A DNA stretch of 60,257 bases from a virus (Duplodnaviria; Caudoviricetes). A program made the position numbers and the translations under genes. How positions within the stretch are numbered: the first letter of the stretch is position 1; every line of letters starts with the position of its first letter. The notes beneath the pieces are model-generated. The model saw nothing but the letters and a program-made list of their open reading frames with translations. It was not told where the DNA came from and ran no database searches. Positions 20,953-30,077 of this stretch are shown here, one piece after another. The stretch lies in the IMG/VR virus record IMGVR_UViG_3300036715_004341, positions 1-60,257 of that record, one strand, 5' to 3'.

Positions 20953-21440
20953 GGGAAGCTCTCTGTGGGGGGTAAGCGGAGGGGGGAGGGGAGGTCTTTG
21001 CCGTGGACCAGGCGGTACAGGGCCGGAGTGGTCACGCTGGCGTTGGCGCCCGGCCACCATACACCGCTGAACACCCGGGCAAAGTGGGCGAAGTCGGGGC
21101 CGTCGAGGCGGATCAGGCTCCCCAGGTCCGCCTCGCCCGAGGTGCCATCGGAGAAGGTGATACGGAGCGTGCGGCCGGGGAGGGCTTCGACCGTGCGGAG
21201 GCTGATCCGCACGAGCCCCTTGCTGTACAGGGTCTCCCCGGGTTCCAGCTCGTAGTTGATCGCCGGGAGCCAGAAGCTCGGGTGGTAGACCCCCTTGCCT
21301 GCCCCGCAGTCGAGGCAGGTCTGGTGCCGCGCTTCCCCGCCCTCCCCGTCGGAGGAGCCGATGTCCCCCTTCCCATTGACCAGGAGCGTCTGGGGGGTCG
21401 TCCACTTGTGGGCGCAGGGCCCGGGTTCGGTGCTCGTCAT
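20953..21440 (-). CDS. Zn-ribbon plus DUF2442-like domain protein (end approximate)
   Basis: CAH...CLDC, then VEALPGRTLRITFSDGTSGEADL...VWWPG...PALY. Confidence 0.55.
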
Positions 21441-21447
21441 GGGGGTA

Positions 21448-22281
21448 CTACGCGCCGGCCTGGTCGGAATCAAAACCGACGAGCGCGAAATACGACGTGA
21501 TGATCTCGGCCAGGAGGGCCGCGAAGTCCTCATGGCTGGCCGAGAAGGCCACGGCGGGCATGAAGCCCAGGGTGTCGAGGCCCTCGGTCGTGAGCCGGAA
21601 GCGCGCGTGAACGCCCCACGGGGTGTTGTGATAGCCCGAGGTGTCCCCGTCGAGGCTCGCCAGGCCCCGGGCGAGGCAGGTGTAGAGGAGCATCGCATAG
21701 AAGCGGGTATCGGCCGGCCAGGGGGCACGGCTCCGCCGGTCGAGGTAGGCCGCGAAGTACGGGGCGAGGTCCAGGACCGCCTCCGCGTGCTTGGGCAGGG
21801 GGGCTTTCAGCCAGGCCGCCATGTGAGCCAGGGCGCCCTCCCTGTCCCATACCTGGCGGGTCACCTCGTCCCGCCCGAGGGCCAGGATGAACTTGATCCC
21901 GTCCGGTTCGACCATCCCCGGGTCGAGGGTGAAGAGGTCGTGAAGGTAGAGCGTGGTGGCCACGCCGTCCGGAAACCGCTGCGTCAGCCCCGAGAACTTC
22001 GACGACTTCAGGAACTCCATGCGGTCTTTGCGCGACCGGGAGTAGGTGTTCTGAGGGACGAAGACCGCCTTCTTCCCCATGCGCAGATTGGCCACGAGGG
22101 GGCGGCTTTCTGCCTCGGATGCGACGACGACCGCCCAGACAGGCCGCTGGTTGTCCGTCGTGGCCTCCCCGCCGTACCACATGCCGTCGGCGGTGATGTG
22201 CGCGGCCAGGTAGCCGCTGAAGCTCCGACCCTTGCCGTTGCCCTTGCCCTCCACTTCGGGGGCGATGATGAACTCACGCAT
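21448..22281 (-). CDS. conserved hypothetical protein upstream of the MTase-helicase
   Basis: MREFIIAPEVEG..., ATG 10 nt after GGTGTAC. Confidence 0.7.
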   Translation of the reverse strand: MREFIIAPEVEGKGNGKGRSFSGYLAAHITADGMWYGGEATTDNQRPVWAVVVASEAESRPLVANLRMGKKAVFVPQNTYSRSRKDRMEFLKSSKFSGLTQRFPDGVATTLYLHDLFTLDPGMVEPDGIKFILALGRDEVTRQVWDREGALAHMAAWLKAPLPKHAEAVLDLAPYFAAYLDRRSRAPWPADTRFYAMLLYTCLARGLASLDGDTSGYHNTPWGVHARFRLTTEGLDTLGFMPAVAFSASHEDFAALLAEIITSYFALVGFDSDQAGA

Positions 22282-22289
22282 GGCTCCTC

Positions 22290-22750
22290 TGGTACACCCC
22301 GCAGGGGGCGGGGGAGCCCGTTGTACGTCGTGTCGTCGTTCCCGTACAGCTTGAGGGAGAAGGGAAGGGCCTCCGTCACGTAGGTCTGCGGACCCCCGGT
22401 CTCCGCCAGGTACCTCGTCCCCCACGCGGTGAGCAACTCGTACTTCGTGCCCTGCCCTGCCCTGCCCTCCGACGCACCCCCTGACGGGGCATCACCCGGC
22501 GCAGGGTCTTCCTCCAGTCGAGGAGCTTGAAGGCCGCCGCGCCGCCCGGGAAGGGCCCGGCCCAGAGGTCTGCGGTCTCGGGGGTGAAGAGGAGCACTCC
22601 TCCCCGGAGAAAGCGCCCCTGGTACACGCTCTGACCCCCTTCCTCGGGGCTGGCCATGTCGATGAGGTAGGCCCGGGTCGTGTCGCGGGTGAACTCCGCG
22701 TCAAAGCGGGCGAGGTACGCCGAGAGGGTGGTCCTGAGGGGCAAGGACAC
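22290..22750 (-). CDS. hypothetical protein, frameshifted near 22450 (end approximate)
   Basis: VSLPLRTTLSAYLARF... continues as YELLTAWGTRYLAETGG in another frame after a (GGGCA)n run. Confidence 0.45.
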
Positions 22751-22911
22751 CGCGGGCCCCTCCCCGGGTCAGCTCTCCGGGTCAGCCGGTCCTTCCTCGT
22801 CCTTCGTCTCCTCGGCTGGCGGGGGTGGGGCCTTCGCAGGCGCCGGGGGCCAGACAACGGGGACGGGGAACGTCAGGGGCTCGGCGACGATGAGCTGCTC
22901 CAGGGTCTCGT

Positions 22912-23856
22912 TCATACCTTTGCGGGCGGCAAAAGGGCCCTATCGAGCGTGACCAGCTCGTCCAGCTCCTGGATGTACCGCTTCATGTCCGCGGGTACGG
23001 GGGACCAGAGGCTCGTCACGCCCCCCGCCATCGCCGCCCTCGTGTCCGTGTCCCCGCCTGTCCGGATGCTCAGCTCGACCACCTGGCGGTAGTCCTCCCC
23101 GAGAAGGATCGCCGCCACGGCTGTCCCCACGGCCTCGACCACGCCGTCTTCCAGGCCGGCCGAGAGGGCGATGAGGGCGTTGAGCTTGCCCGGCTTGCCC
23201 CCCGTCAGAAGCTCCTCGCTCTCCCCGAGGGCCGCGGCCATGTTCAGGGCCGCTCCGAGGGTCGACTCCCGGGGAAGCTGCTTGCCGAGGATGCGGACGA
23301 GACCCGGGCTCACCCGGGGGACGGCGGTCTTCCGCGCCTGGGAGGAGGCGAGGACGTAGGCGGCCATCGCCGCGATCACGTAGGACCCGTCGACCGCTTC
23401 GGCCCGGACGTGGGTGAGCAGGGCGTCCGCCTCGCAGACCTCCTTGAGCTTCATCGTGTCCCGCCAGTACCAGAGGCCCAGGGGGAGGGCCCGCATGGCG
23501 GTCCCGCTGCCCTTGGCCCCGTGGATGCCGCACTCCTCGAAGGAAGCCCCGGCGTCCAGGTTCTCCATCGCCGCCCGGACGGCGTTGCCCATCCCTCGCG
23601 CCTCGCCGCTCTGGTACCAGGTGAGGTACTGGGCCGCCGCCAGCTCCTGCCGGTAGCCGCCCCCCGCAACCAGGGCCCGGGCCAGGCAGAGGGCCATCTG
23701 CGTGTCGTCGCTGTACTGACCCGGCCCGCAGCCGTGGAAGGGGCTCCCGGTCGTCGGGGGACCGCCGTCCCACCGCTGGAGCTTGTCCGCGTCGGGCGGC
23801 ATCAGCTCGAAGGGCACGCCCCAGGCGTCCGCCACTGCCTTGCCGACGAGGGTCAC
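22912..23856 (-). CDS. ADP-ribosylglycohydrolase (DraG/ARH family)
   Basis: G.AVADAWGVPFE, GQYSDDTQMALCLA, GSGTAMRALP, LLTH, GGDTDTRAAMAGG. Confidence 0.9.
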   Translation of the reverse strand: MTLVGKAVADAWGVPFELMPPDADKLQRWDGGPPTTGSPFHGCGPGQYSDDTQMALCLARALVAGGGYRQELAAAQYLTWYQSGEARGMGNAVRAAMENLDAGASFEECGIHGAKGSGTAMRALPLGLWYWRDTMKLKEVCEADALLTHVRAEAVDGSYVIAAMAAYVLASSQARKTAVPRVSPGLVRILGKQLPRESTLGAALNMAAALGESEELLTGGKPGKLNALIALSAGLEDGVVEAVGTAVAAILLGEDYRQVVELSIRTGGDTDTRAAMAGGVTSLWSPVPADMKRYIQELDELVTLDRALLPPAKV

Positions 23857-24197
23857 AGGGCCCTCATTTCGGTGAGGTGCTCCGTCCAGAGGGGGTCGAT
23901 GTCCCCCTCCAGGGGCACGAAGGCCGCGTGGGCACGGCGGGCGGCATCCACGTAGGTGGCCCGTGCCGCCTCGACGACCTGGGAGACCGACTGGGTATCC
24001 AGGATCTGGACCTTGGACTCCGACCCCCCGAGGGTCTTGTCCAGCTTCGTGATGGTCACGAGCCACTTGGTCTCCTCGACCCACATGGCGAGGAAGGTGA
24101 TCTCGTAGGGGACGATCCGGTCCTTGTGCTTCATGCGCCCGATGAGGCGCTTCTGCTCATAGATCGCGACGATGGTAGCGGGAATCTTGTCGAACAT
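23853..24197 (-). CDS. hypothetical protein
   Basis: 114 aa; ATG 9 nt after CGGTGTAG. Confidence 0.7.
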   Translation of the reverse strand: MFDKIPATIVAIYEQKRLIGRMKHKDRIVPYEITFLAMWVEETKWLVTITKLDKTLGGSESKVQILDTQSVSQVVEAARATYVDAARRAHAAFVPLEGDIDPLWTEHLTEMRAL

Positions 24198-24206
24198 GCC
24201 CTCCTC

Positions 24207-24662
24207 CTACACCGCGATCCAGTAGAGCCCCGCGATGGTCCCCGAGGTCGGGGAAAAGGTGATGCTGGCGGGTCCCTGGCGGAAGGCCGTGGTGATCGGG
24301 CATCCCGTGCCCTCCGGGTAGCGGTAGGTGATGCCCTGGGGGTTCGCGCTCGACGTCACCCCCGCGTCGTGGCGGCAGCGGGCACAGCGAATGACGGTCC
24401 GGGCGACCCCATGGCGGATGCTGTAGCGCCCCCTCTTGAAGCAGTCCTGCTTCTCGCACGCCCAGACCTCTGTGCAGTCCATCTGGTCGCAGACGTGCTC
24501 GTGCCCCGCCTGGCCCCCTTCCTCGAGGAGGCGCTCGTAGACGGTGGGGATGCTCGGGGAGAGCCACGACCCGAAGTCGAGCTTCTCGGCCGGCCTGGGG
24601 TCGTAGCCCCGCGTCTCCCGTTGCAGCAGGGCCCAGTCCTCCTCCAGCTCCCCGGGCGTCAT
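24207..24662 (-). CDS. Cys-rich hypothetical protein with internal TVYERLL motif
   Basis: HVC...C...C...C, CARC; ends in GTG TAG. Confidence 0.6.
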   Translation of the reverse strand: MTPGELEEDWALLQRETRGYDPRPAEKLDFGSWLSPSIPTVYERLLEEGGQAGHEHVCDQMDCTEVWACEKQDCFKRGRYSIRHGVARTVIRCARCRHDAGVTSSANPQGITYRYPEGTGCPITTAFRQGPASITFSPTSGTIAGLYWIAV

Positions 24663-24886
24663 GGCGCGCACTCCTCGAACCGGAGGGGGAGCTGCTCTTC
24701 GGACACGGTGAACACGAGGGGCTCGGGCATGGGCTTTTCACAATCGGGGCAGGGGGCATGGGCGCCCGTGTCGGCCTGGTCGCTGAGGTCTGGCTCGATC
24801 GTGCAGTGCCACGCGCAGTCCCACATCCCGTAGCAGAGGGGGCAGGCATGGAGAGGCAGGCCGAGGAGGACCTCGTAAGCGCTCAT
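24659..24886 (-). CDS. small Zn-finger protein
   Basis: CPLC..CAWHC...CPDC; begins MSAYEVLLG. Confidence 0.55.
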   Translation of the reverse strand: MSAYEVLLGLPLHACPLCYGMWDCAWHCTIEPDLSDQADTGAHAPCPDCEKPMPEPLVFTVSEEQLPLRFEECAP

Positions 24887-25046
24887 CGCTCAGGGTCTCG
24901 CGGAGCTTCTTCCGGGCGATGATCCAGGCACGTGGGACGACCCACGAGACCGAGCGGTTCAGCCGCTTGGCCTCCTCGTAGATCTCGACCCCCATCGTGG
25001 CGGGAAAGTAGACGCTCGGGCGCTCCTTGGGGGTACGGTCTCGCAT
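24883..25046 (-). CDS. TIGR04563-like (MXAN_4361/4362) small ribbon-helix-helix-type protein (end approximate)
   Basis: PSVYFPATMGVEIYEEAKRLNRSVSWVVPRAWIIARKKL matches the recalled family pattern QSLYFP..ML.EI..EA.R.DRSLSWVVQ.AWKIAR. Confidence 0.7.
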
Positions 25047-25084
25047 GGGGCTTTTTACACCACGATTTGCGCTAGGAAGGGTCC

Positions 25085-25910
25085 ATGAAGCTCGCCTGGG
25101 TCACCGATCCCCACATCGACCCTACGACCGAAGCCAACCTGCGCCGGGCCATGAGGGCCGGGGGCCAGGTGGACGCCGCCGTCTGCACCGGGGACCTGTC
25201 CTCGGCCCCCCGCCTCCGGGAGCACCTCCACCAGCTCCGGGAAGCCCTCCGCTGCCCTGTGTACTTCGTCCTCGGGAACCACGACTACTACGGGGGGGGG
25301 CTTTGCCTCCGTCCGGGAGAGCCTCCGGCGCCCCCAGGCTCGCCTCACCTGGCTGCGGACGTCCCCCCCTGTCGAGCTGGCCCCGGGCGTCGTCCTCACG
25401 GGGCACGACGGCTGGTATGACGGCCGCGCCGGCCAGCCCGACCAGACCCCCGTCATCCTCAATGACTTTCTTCATGTCTCGGACGTCCGCACGCCGATCT
25501 ACCAGACCGGCTTCGGGCACTCCTTCGCCGACCGGCCCGGGCTCCTCGCCATCCTGCGCCGGATCAGCGATGTCTGGGCCGCGGAAGCCGAAGCCCAGCT
25601 CCGGGCGGCCATGGCGTCTCGGCCGAAGAAGATCATCTTTGCGACCCATGTCCCGCCCTTCCCCGGGTCCTGCTGGCACGAGGGTCAGGTGTCGAACGGG
25701 GACTGGCAGCCCTGGTTCGTCAACACCGCCCTCGGCGACGTCCTCGACCGCGTGTCAGCGGAAGAAGGGGGCCTCGGTATCGAGTTCGAGGTCCTCTGCG
25801 GCCACACCCACTCCCCTGGCGTATTTCAGCGCTCCCCGAACCTCGTCGTCCGCACCGGGGGGAGCCGCTACGGGAGCCCCAGCCTGGCGGGCATCTTCGA
25901 CCTCGGATGA
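25085..25910 (+). CDS. metallophosphoesterase (Icc/CpdA-like), frameshifted in G-run at ~25292-25300
   Basis: TDPH, TGDL, LGNHDYY; downstream frame GHDGWYD, THVPPF, LCGHTH. Confidence 0.85.
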
Positions 25911-26446
25911 GGGGGCGGGGAGGGTCTCGATCTCCCGTGTGAGGTCGGCCAGGCTCTTGGTCAGCCCCTCCGTGGCCTTGCGCCAATCGATCAGGGCCTC
26001 TTCCGTCTTCCGTAGCTTCTCTTCCAGTCTCCTTCTCCAGGCCCCGCGCGAAGGAAGTCCACACCAGACGGAGGAGAAGGTCGCCCATGTCCCGGTCGTC
26101 GTCGAGGATGACGAAGGGCCTCCCCTCGGCCCCATGGTTGACCAGCCACCGCTTGATCTCGGCCCCCCGGTGGGGCCCGTCGTCGCCCGTGGCCGAGATG
26201 ACCGTGCCCGTGAAGCCGTGACCCCGGAGGAGGGCGGTCATCTGCTCCGGCGAGCGGTCGAACCGCCAGACCGAGGAGAGAACCCAGTCGGGCTCGTGCT
26301 CCTGGGGGATGACATCCAGGACCTTCACGGCCTCGGGGTCGAGCGCCCCTGGCCCGGTCATGTCCGTGACCCCCATGTTGAGCGCCGCCAGCAGGAAGGC
26401 GCGGCTGTTCAGCACGCCGTCCACGTCGAGGAAGATGAGCTTCCAT
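25900..26446 (-). CDS. HAD_SAK_2-like phosphatase (1-nt shift after ATG; end approximate)
   Basis: KLIFLDVDGVLN, LDPEAV, VLSSVWR, RGAEIKRWL, FVILDDDRDM. Confidence 0.8.
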
Positions 26447-26795
26447 GGAGGTCATGGCCTGGTGCAAGCGGTCCGACTGCAAGCAGCTCACGGAGACCCC
26501 GGAGGGGGGCAACATCTGGCAGGACGCAAAGAAGGGGGACCTTGTCGTCATCTGGGAGGGCCCTCGGGACGATGTCCGGGCCTTCGTGCGCGACATCGTG
26601 CGGTACAAGATCACCGTTGGCCCTCCGTACGCTGCGATGGTCACAATGCTCACGGCCTTGCGCGGGGAGTTCAAGGTCGGGGGCTTCCTCACGACGGACC
26701 CGAAGTACGGCCGGGAGCTGCCGGCCGCGCCTCCCGCATGGTTCCCCTCGGGCCACGGCTTTCCGATTACCGTGTACGACCACCTCTTGGTGTAG
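26445..26795 (+). CDS. hypothetical protein with C-terminal tag TVYDHLLV
   Basis: 116 aa. Confidence 0.7.
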   Translation: MEVMAWCKRSDCKQLTETPEGGNIWQDAKKGDLVVIWEGPRDDVRAFVRDIVRYKITVGPPYAAMVTMLTALRGEFKVGGFLTTDPKYGRELPAAPPAWFPSGHGFPITVYDHLLV

Positions 26796-26808
26796 GGTGA
26801 GGGCAGCC

Positions 26809-27879
26809 ATGAAGATCGAACACAACCATCTCGTCGTCGACCTCTCCGCTGTCCACCCGAAGGCAAAGGCGAAGCTCGCCTTCCAGCGAACCCTCCGCCT
26901 GCCGGACGACGGCAAGACCTATCCCCTGCCCCCTGGTCTCGGGAACTTCCCCCTCGCCACCGTGGACGAGTTCAAGGCCCGCGTGCCGCCCGAGTGGCTG
27001 GCGCGCGGGGGCATCTTCTTCCCCATGTACCAGGCCGAGGCCATGTGGGTCATGTTCAACGGGGAGTACGATGACGAGCGCAACGCCACGTACCCGATGG
27101 CGATCCGGATCGCCACCGGGATGCGCTCCGCCGTCACCGGCGAGGCGTGGACGACGGGCCTCCAGGCCAAGGACTACGTCACCATCCCCGAGCAGCCCTG
27201 GCTCGATGGCTTCTGCGTGAAGAAGGGCGAGATCCGCCAGTTCGTCGCCGCCCCGCTCGGCCAGGGCTTCACCGTCGAGGCCCAGCTCACGGGCAAGGAG
27301 GAGTTCGGGGGCCTCCAGATTGATGTCTACGCGATGAAGCGCGAGGTCTACGAGAAGAAGTTTCCGATCATCCCCGAGGACCGGCGCTATCACCGCGGGG
27401 GCGGGTATCTCGAAGGCTACTCGATGTCGGTCGCGGCCGCCTCCTCCCCCATGCGGTCTGCCGAGGCCGCGAGCATGGGCCTCGGGGCCGGCGGCAAGAT
27501 GAAGCAGGAGATCCACGTGGACCCCCACGGCCTCGACGCCTGGGACACGACGACGAAGGAGCGCGTCTTCGTCCACCTCTGCAACTCCCTCGCCTACCAG
27601 GTGACGACGGGCAAGGCGTCGCCGAACCCGCCCCCCACGGCGGCCGAGTACACGCGCCGTGGCCTGCCCTGGTTCGACCACTACCGCGACGACCTCGCCC
27701 ACCTCGACGGCACCCCCCTGCTCGCGAACCTGAAGACCCTGACCGAGCTGGGCTTCCAGAAGGGGATGCAGCTCCTGCCGGCCGAGGAGGCCCCGGCCAT
27801 CGCCCCCGGCCAGGTGACCCACCTGTCCCCGAAGCCGAAGGCCCCCGAGCCCGGCACCGTCCGCGACGGCAAGTGGTGA
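26809..27879 (+). CDS. conserved hypothetical protein (FQRTLRLPDDGKTYPLPPGLGNFPL family)
   Basis: 356 aa; PMYQAEAMW, QPWLDGF, IRQFVA.PLG.GFTVEAQLTG.E..GGLQ, MGLGAGGKMKQEI, GLPWFDHY; function unknown to me. Confidence 0.8.
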   Translation: MKIEHNHLVVDLSAVHPKAKAKLAFQRTLRLPDDGKTYPLPPGLGNFPLATVDEFKARVPPEWLARGGIFFPMYQAEAMWVMFNGEYDDERNATYPMAIRIATGMRSAVTGEAWTTGLQAKDYVTIPEQPWLDGFCVKKGEIRQFVAAPLGQGFTVEAQLTGKEEFGGLQIDVYAMKREVYEKKFPIIPEDRRYHRGGGYLEGYSMSVAAASSPMRSAEAASMGLGAGGKMKQEIHVDPHGLDAWDTTTKERVFVHLCNSLAYQVTTGKASPNPPPTAAEYTRRGLPWFDHYRDDLAHLDGTPLLANLKTLTELGFQKGMQLLPAEEAPAIAPGQVTHLSPKPKAPEPGTVRDGKW

Positions 27880-27919
27880 CCTGAAGCTCGCAGGAGGGGC
27901 GGTGTAGAAAGGGGGCACC

Positions 27920-28366
27920 ATGCCCCTTTTCGTGCGTTCTACGACCCTCCCTGACCTCGCGCGCCCCGTCTTCGACATCTCGAACCTCGGGCCGGGCCTG
28001 TGCGTCTGGAGGGACCGCCAGTGGCCCAGGTTCGAGTACCGGTCGGCCCTGGAGGTCCCCATGATGACCCACGACCCCTCGGACGTGGATGACGTCGTCA
28101 CCATGATGTGGGAAGCGACGGCGGGCCTGGCGGACGTCCAGTCGCCCGACCTGAACCTGATGGTCGTCGTCTTCCAGGTGCTCAGCACGAACGACATCGC
28201 CCTCGGGGGCTTTCTGACGTGGGCCCAGGAGCCGGAGACTGTGGGGGACCCCTTGCCCGAGTGGCTGCGGACGGGTTTGCGTTCCCGGCCCCGGGCGCGG
28301 TCGGCCCCTCTGGTGCCCATCACCGCGGGTAACACGACGGCCTACGACCTGCTCCTCGGGGGTTGA
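27920..28366 (+). CDS. hypothetical protein with C-terminal tag TAYDLLLGG
   Basis: ATG 12 nt after CGGTGTAG. Confidence 0.75.
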   Translation: MPLFVRSTTLPDLARPVFDISNLGPGLCVWRDRQWPRFEYRSALEVPMMTHDPSDVDDVVTMMWEATAGLADVQSPDLNLMVVVFQVLSTNDIALGGFLTWAQEPETVGDPLPEWLRTGLRSRPRARSAPLVPITAGNTTAYDLLLGG

Positions 28367-28462
28367 CGACGCCTTTTCCCTCGGGTAATCTGGGGTCTAA
28401 CCGTCGAGAGGGATGATCTCCGGCCCACCTATCACGGCCCCCTGCGGGCCGAGGAGCATCCC

Positions 28463-28783
28463 GTGGAAAACATCCGTGTCCGGCGCATCGGCGATCAGGT
28501 CTTTGTGGAGCCCGACAGCAAGCGCTGGCAGCTCGTCAACGACGCCAAGGGCTACCCCCACCTGTACCTGCAAGTGCTGGTGGAGGATGACGACGGCCAG
28601 ATGGTCAAGGGCTACTTCTGCCTCGACCACATGCTCGACGTGACGATCAAGGAACTCATGGAGGAGGGCAACTTCGGGGGGAAGCTCTCCCCCGAGGAGG
28701 AGCAGGAGGCCCTGGCGGAGTTCCTGGCGGACCCGAACCGTCCGCCCTGCCCCCACTACGACTCGTCCAAGATGCGGTCGTAG
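28463..28783 (+). CDS. hypothetical protein
   Basis: 106-aa ORF with protein-like composition. Confidence 0.65.
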   Translation: MENIRVRRIGDQVFVEPDSKRWQLVNDAKGYPHLYLQVLVEDDDGQMVKGYFCLDHMLDVTIKELMEEGNFGGKLSPEEEQEALAEFLADPNRPPCPHYDSSKMRS

Positions 28784-28971
28784 GCCGTCGGCTCAGGCTC
28801 GGGGTTGACCGGCTCGGGAGCGGGGGGCAGGTGGGGGATGACGATCGGCTTCGGGTACGCCGCCCGGGGGTCGAGGGAGGACCGGGGAGGGGCGGGGCGC
28901 GTGGGGCCCAGGGAGGCGGCTTCGAGCCGCTTCAGTGAGGAGACCATGTCGAGAAAGGCGCTGTTGCTCAT
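28756..28971 (-). CDS. small Pro-rich protein with C-terminal tag TAYDRILDES
   Basis: MSNSAFLDMVSS...PEPEPTAYDRILDES*; frame is open back to 29469. Confidence 0.55.
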   Translation of the reverse strand: MSNSAFLDMVSSLKRLEAASLGPTRPAPPRSSLDPRAAYPKPIVIPHLPPAPEPVNPEPEPTAYDRILDES

Positions 28972-29149
28972 GCGCCCTACCCTGACAGGTTCTTGGCGGG
29001 GTTTCGATTCCCTGTCAGAGTGGCCCCCCATGGACCTCTGCTCTGCCTGTGGGGAAAACCCCGCCACTACCTCCGACGGCACGCTCCCCCTCTGCGCCCG
29101 GTGCGCCGCCCTGGCCAAGAAGAACAAGCGGGGGGTGAAGCGTCCCGAC

Positions 29150-29585
29150 CCCCCGCCGGCCGACTCGAGCTTCTCGCCCTTGGGGCCGTAGCCGAGGGGC
29201 CGCTTCTCCTCGATGGTCAGCTTCGCCAGGGCCCGCGGCGCGGGCGTCAGATCCGGGCGAACGTCCGTGATGGCGTCGAGGGGGATCACGAACCGGGGCA
29301 CGAGGCGGGACCCGATCGTGCCGTCGAGATCAGGGGTGTCGATGCAGAGGACGTTCATCTTCCGCAAGTCCGCGGGGCCCCCCATGACGCCCTTGCCATC
29401 CCGCAGGCAATCCGCTTCCCCTTTGGTGAATGCGTAGCCGAGAATGAAGGAGGAGCCTTTGCCCCCCATGCTGTCGGTGTTGCCATAGAAGGCCAGGCTT
29501 CCCTCACCGTGACGTTGTGCTGCCTGTCGGGGACGAGGGCATGGAGGAGCGCCGTGGTGGTGCGGATCATGGGGGACAGGGTCAT
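29150..29585 (-). CDS. hypothetical protein, frameshifted (end approximate)
   Basis: MTLSPMIRTT... then MGGKGSSFILGYAF...RFVIPLDAITDVRP. Confidence 0.4.
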
Positions 29586-29611
29586 GGGGGGGGGGGTCTC
29601 CTGACCCTGTC

Positions 29612-29908
29612 CTACACCGGTTTTAAGTACTCCGCGGGGAGCAGGGCGGTCGTCGCGGAGCGGTCGGCCTCGGTGAGCAGCCAGAGGGTGTGGTTCTCGT
29701 CCCACTTGTAGCTGGACAGGAGGCGGTCCCGGGTCCTCAGCCCGTCGTCGTTGGCCTTTCGGTCCTCGGCCGAGAGGTCCCCCCAGTCGCCCGAGCGGTG
29801 CCGGCGGAGGCAGTCGAGGACGAACTCGACGGGGATCTGGTTGAGCACCCCGGGGGTCATCACGAACTGGCCGATGGGGAAGAGGGAGGAGGGGGTCGAG
29901 GTGGTCAT
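29612..29908 (-). CDS. conserved small plasmid/phage protein (RH..GDWGDL...D...N family)
   Basis: FPIGQFVMTPGV, RRHRSGDWGDLSAEDRKAND, RLLSSY, LWLLTEADRSATTALLPAEY. Confidence 0.8.
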   Translation of the reverse strand: MTTSTPSSLFPIGQFVMTPGVLNQIPVEFVLDCLRRHRSGDWGDLSAEDRKANDDGLRTRDRLLSSYKWDENHTLWLLTEADRSATTALLPAEYLKPV

Positions 29909-30077
29909 GGAGCTACTACGCAGCGGGGTGACGGGAATCAAAAGCTCGTGTACCTTTTTCCGTATGCCCGTCACCTTGACCGCCCACCGGCCGTTCGGTC
30001 TGCACGGTTTGGCCCGCCAACTCGTCCACCTCGCCCCCGTGGTGCCCCTTATCCTGACCCCGCATGAGGTCTACCCC

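Noticed and set aside
25027-27879. 950-aa ORF from the track as a single gene
   Set aside because: Only the part from ATG 26809 is protein-like; the upstream part is an off-frame shadow of three other genes.
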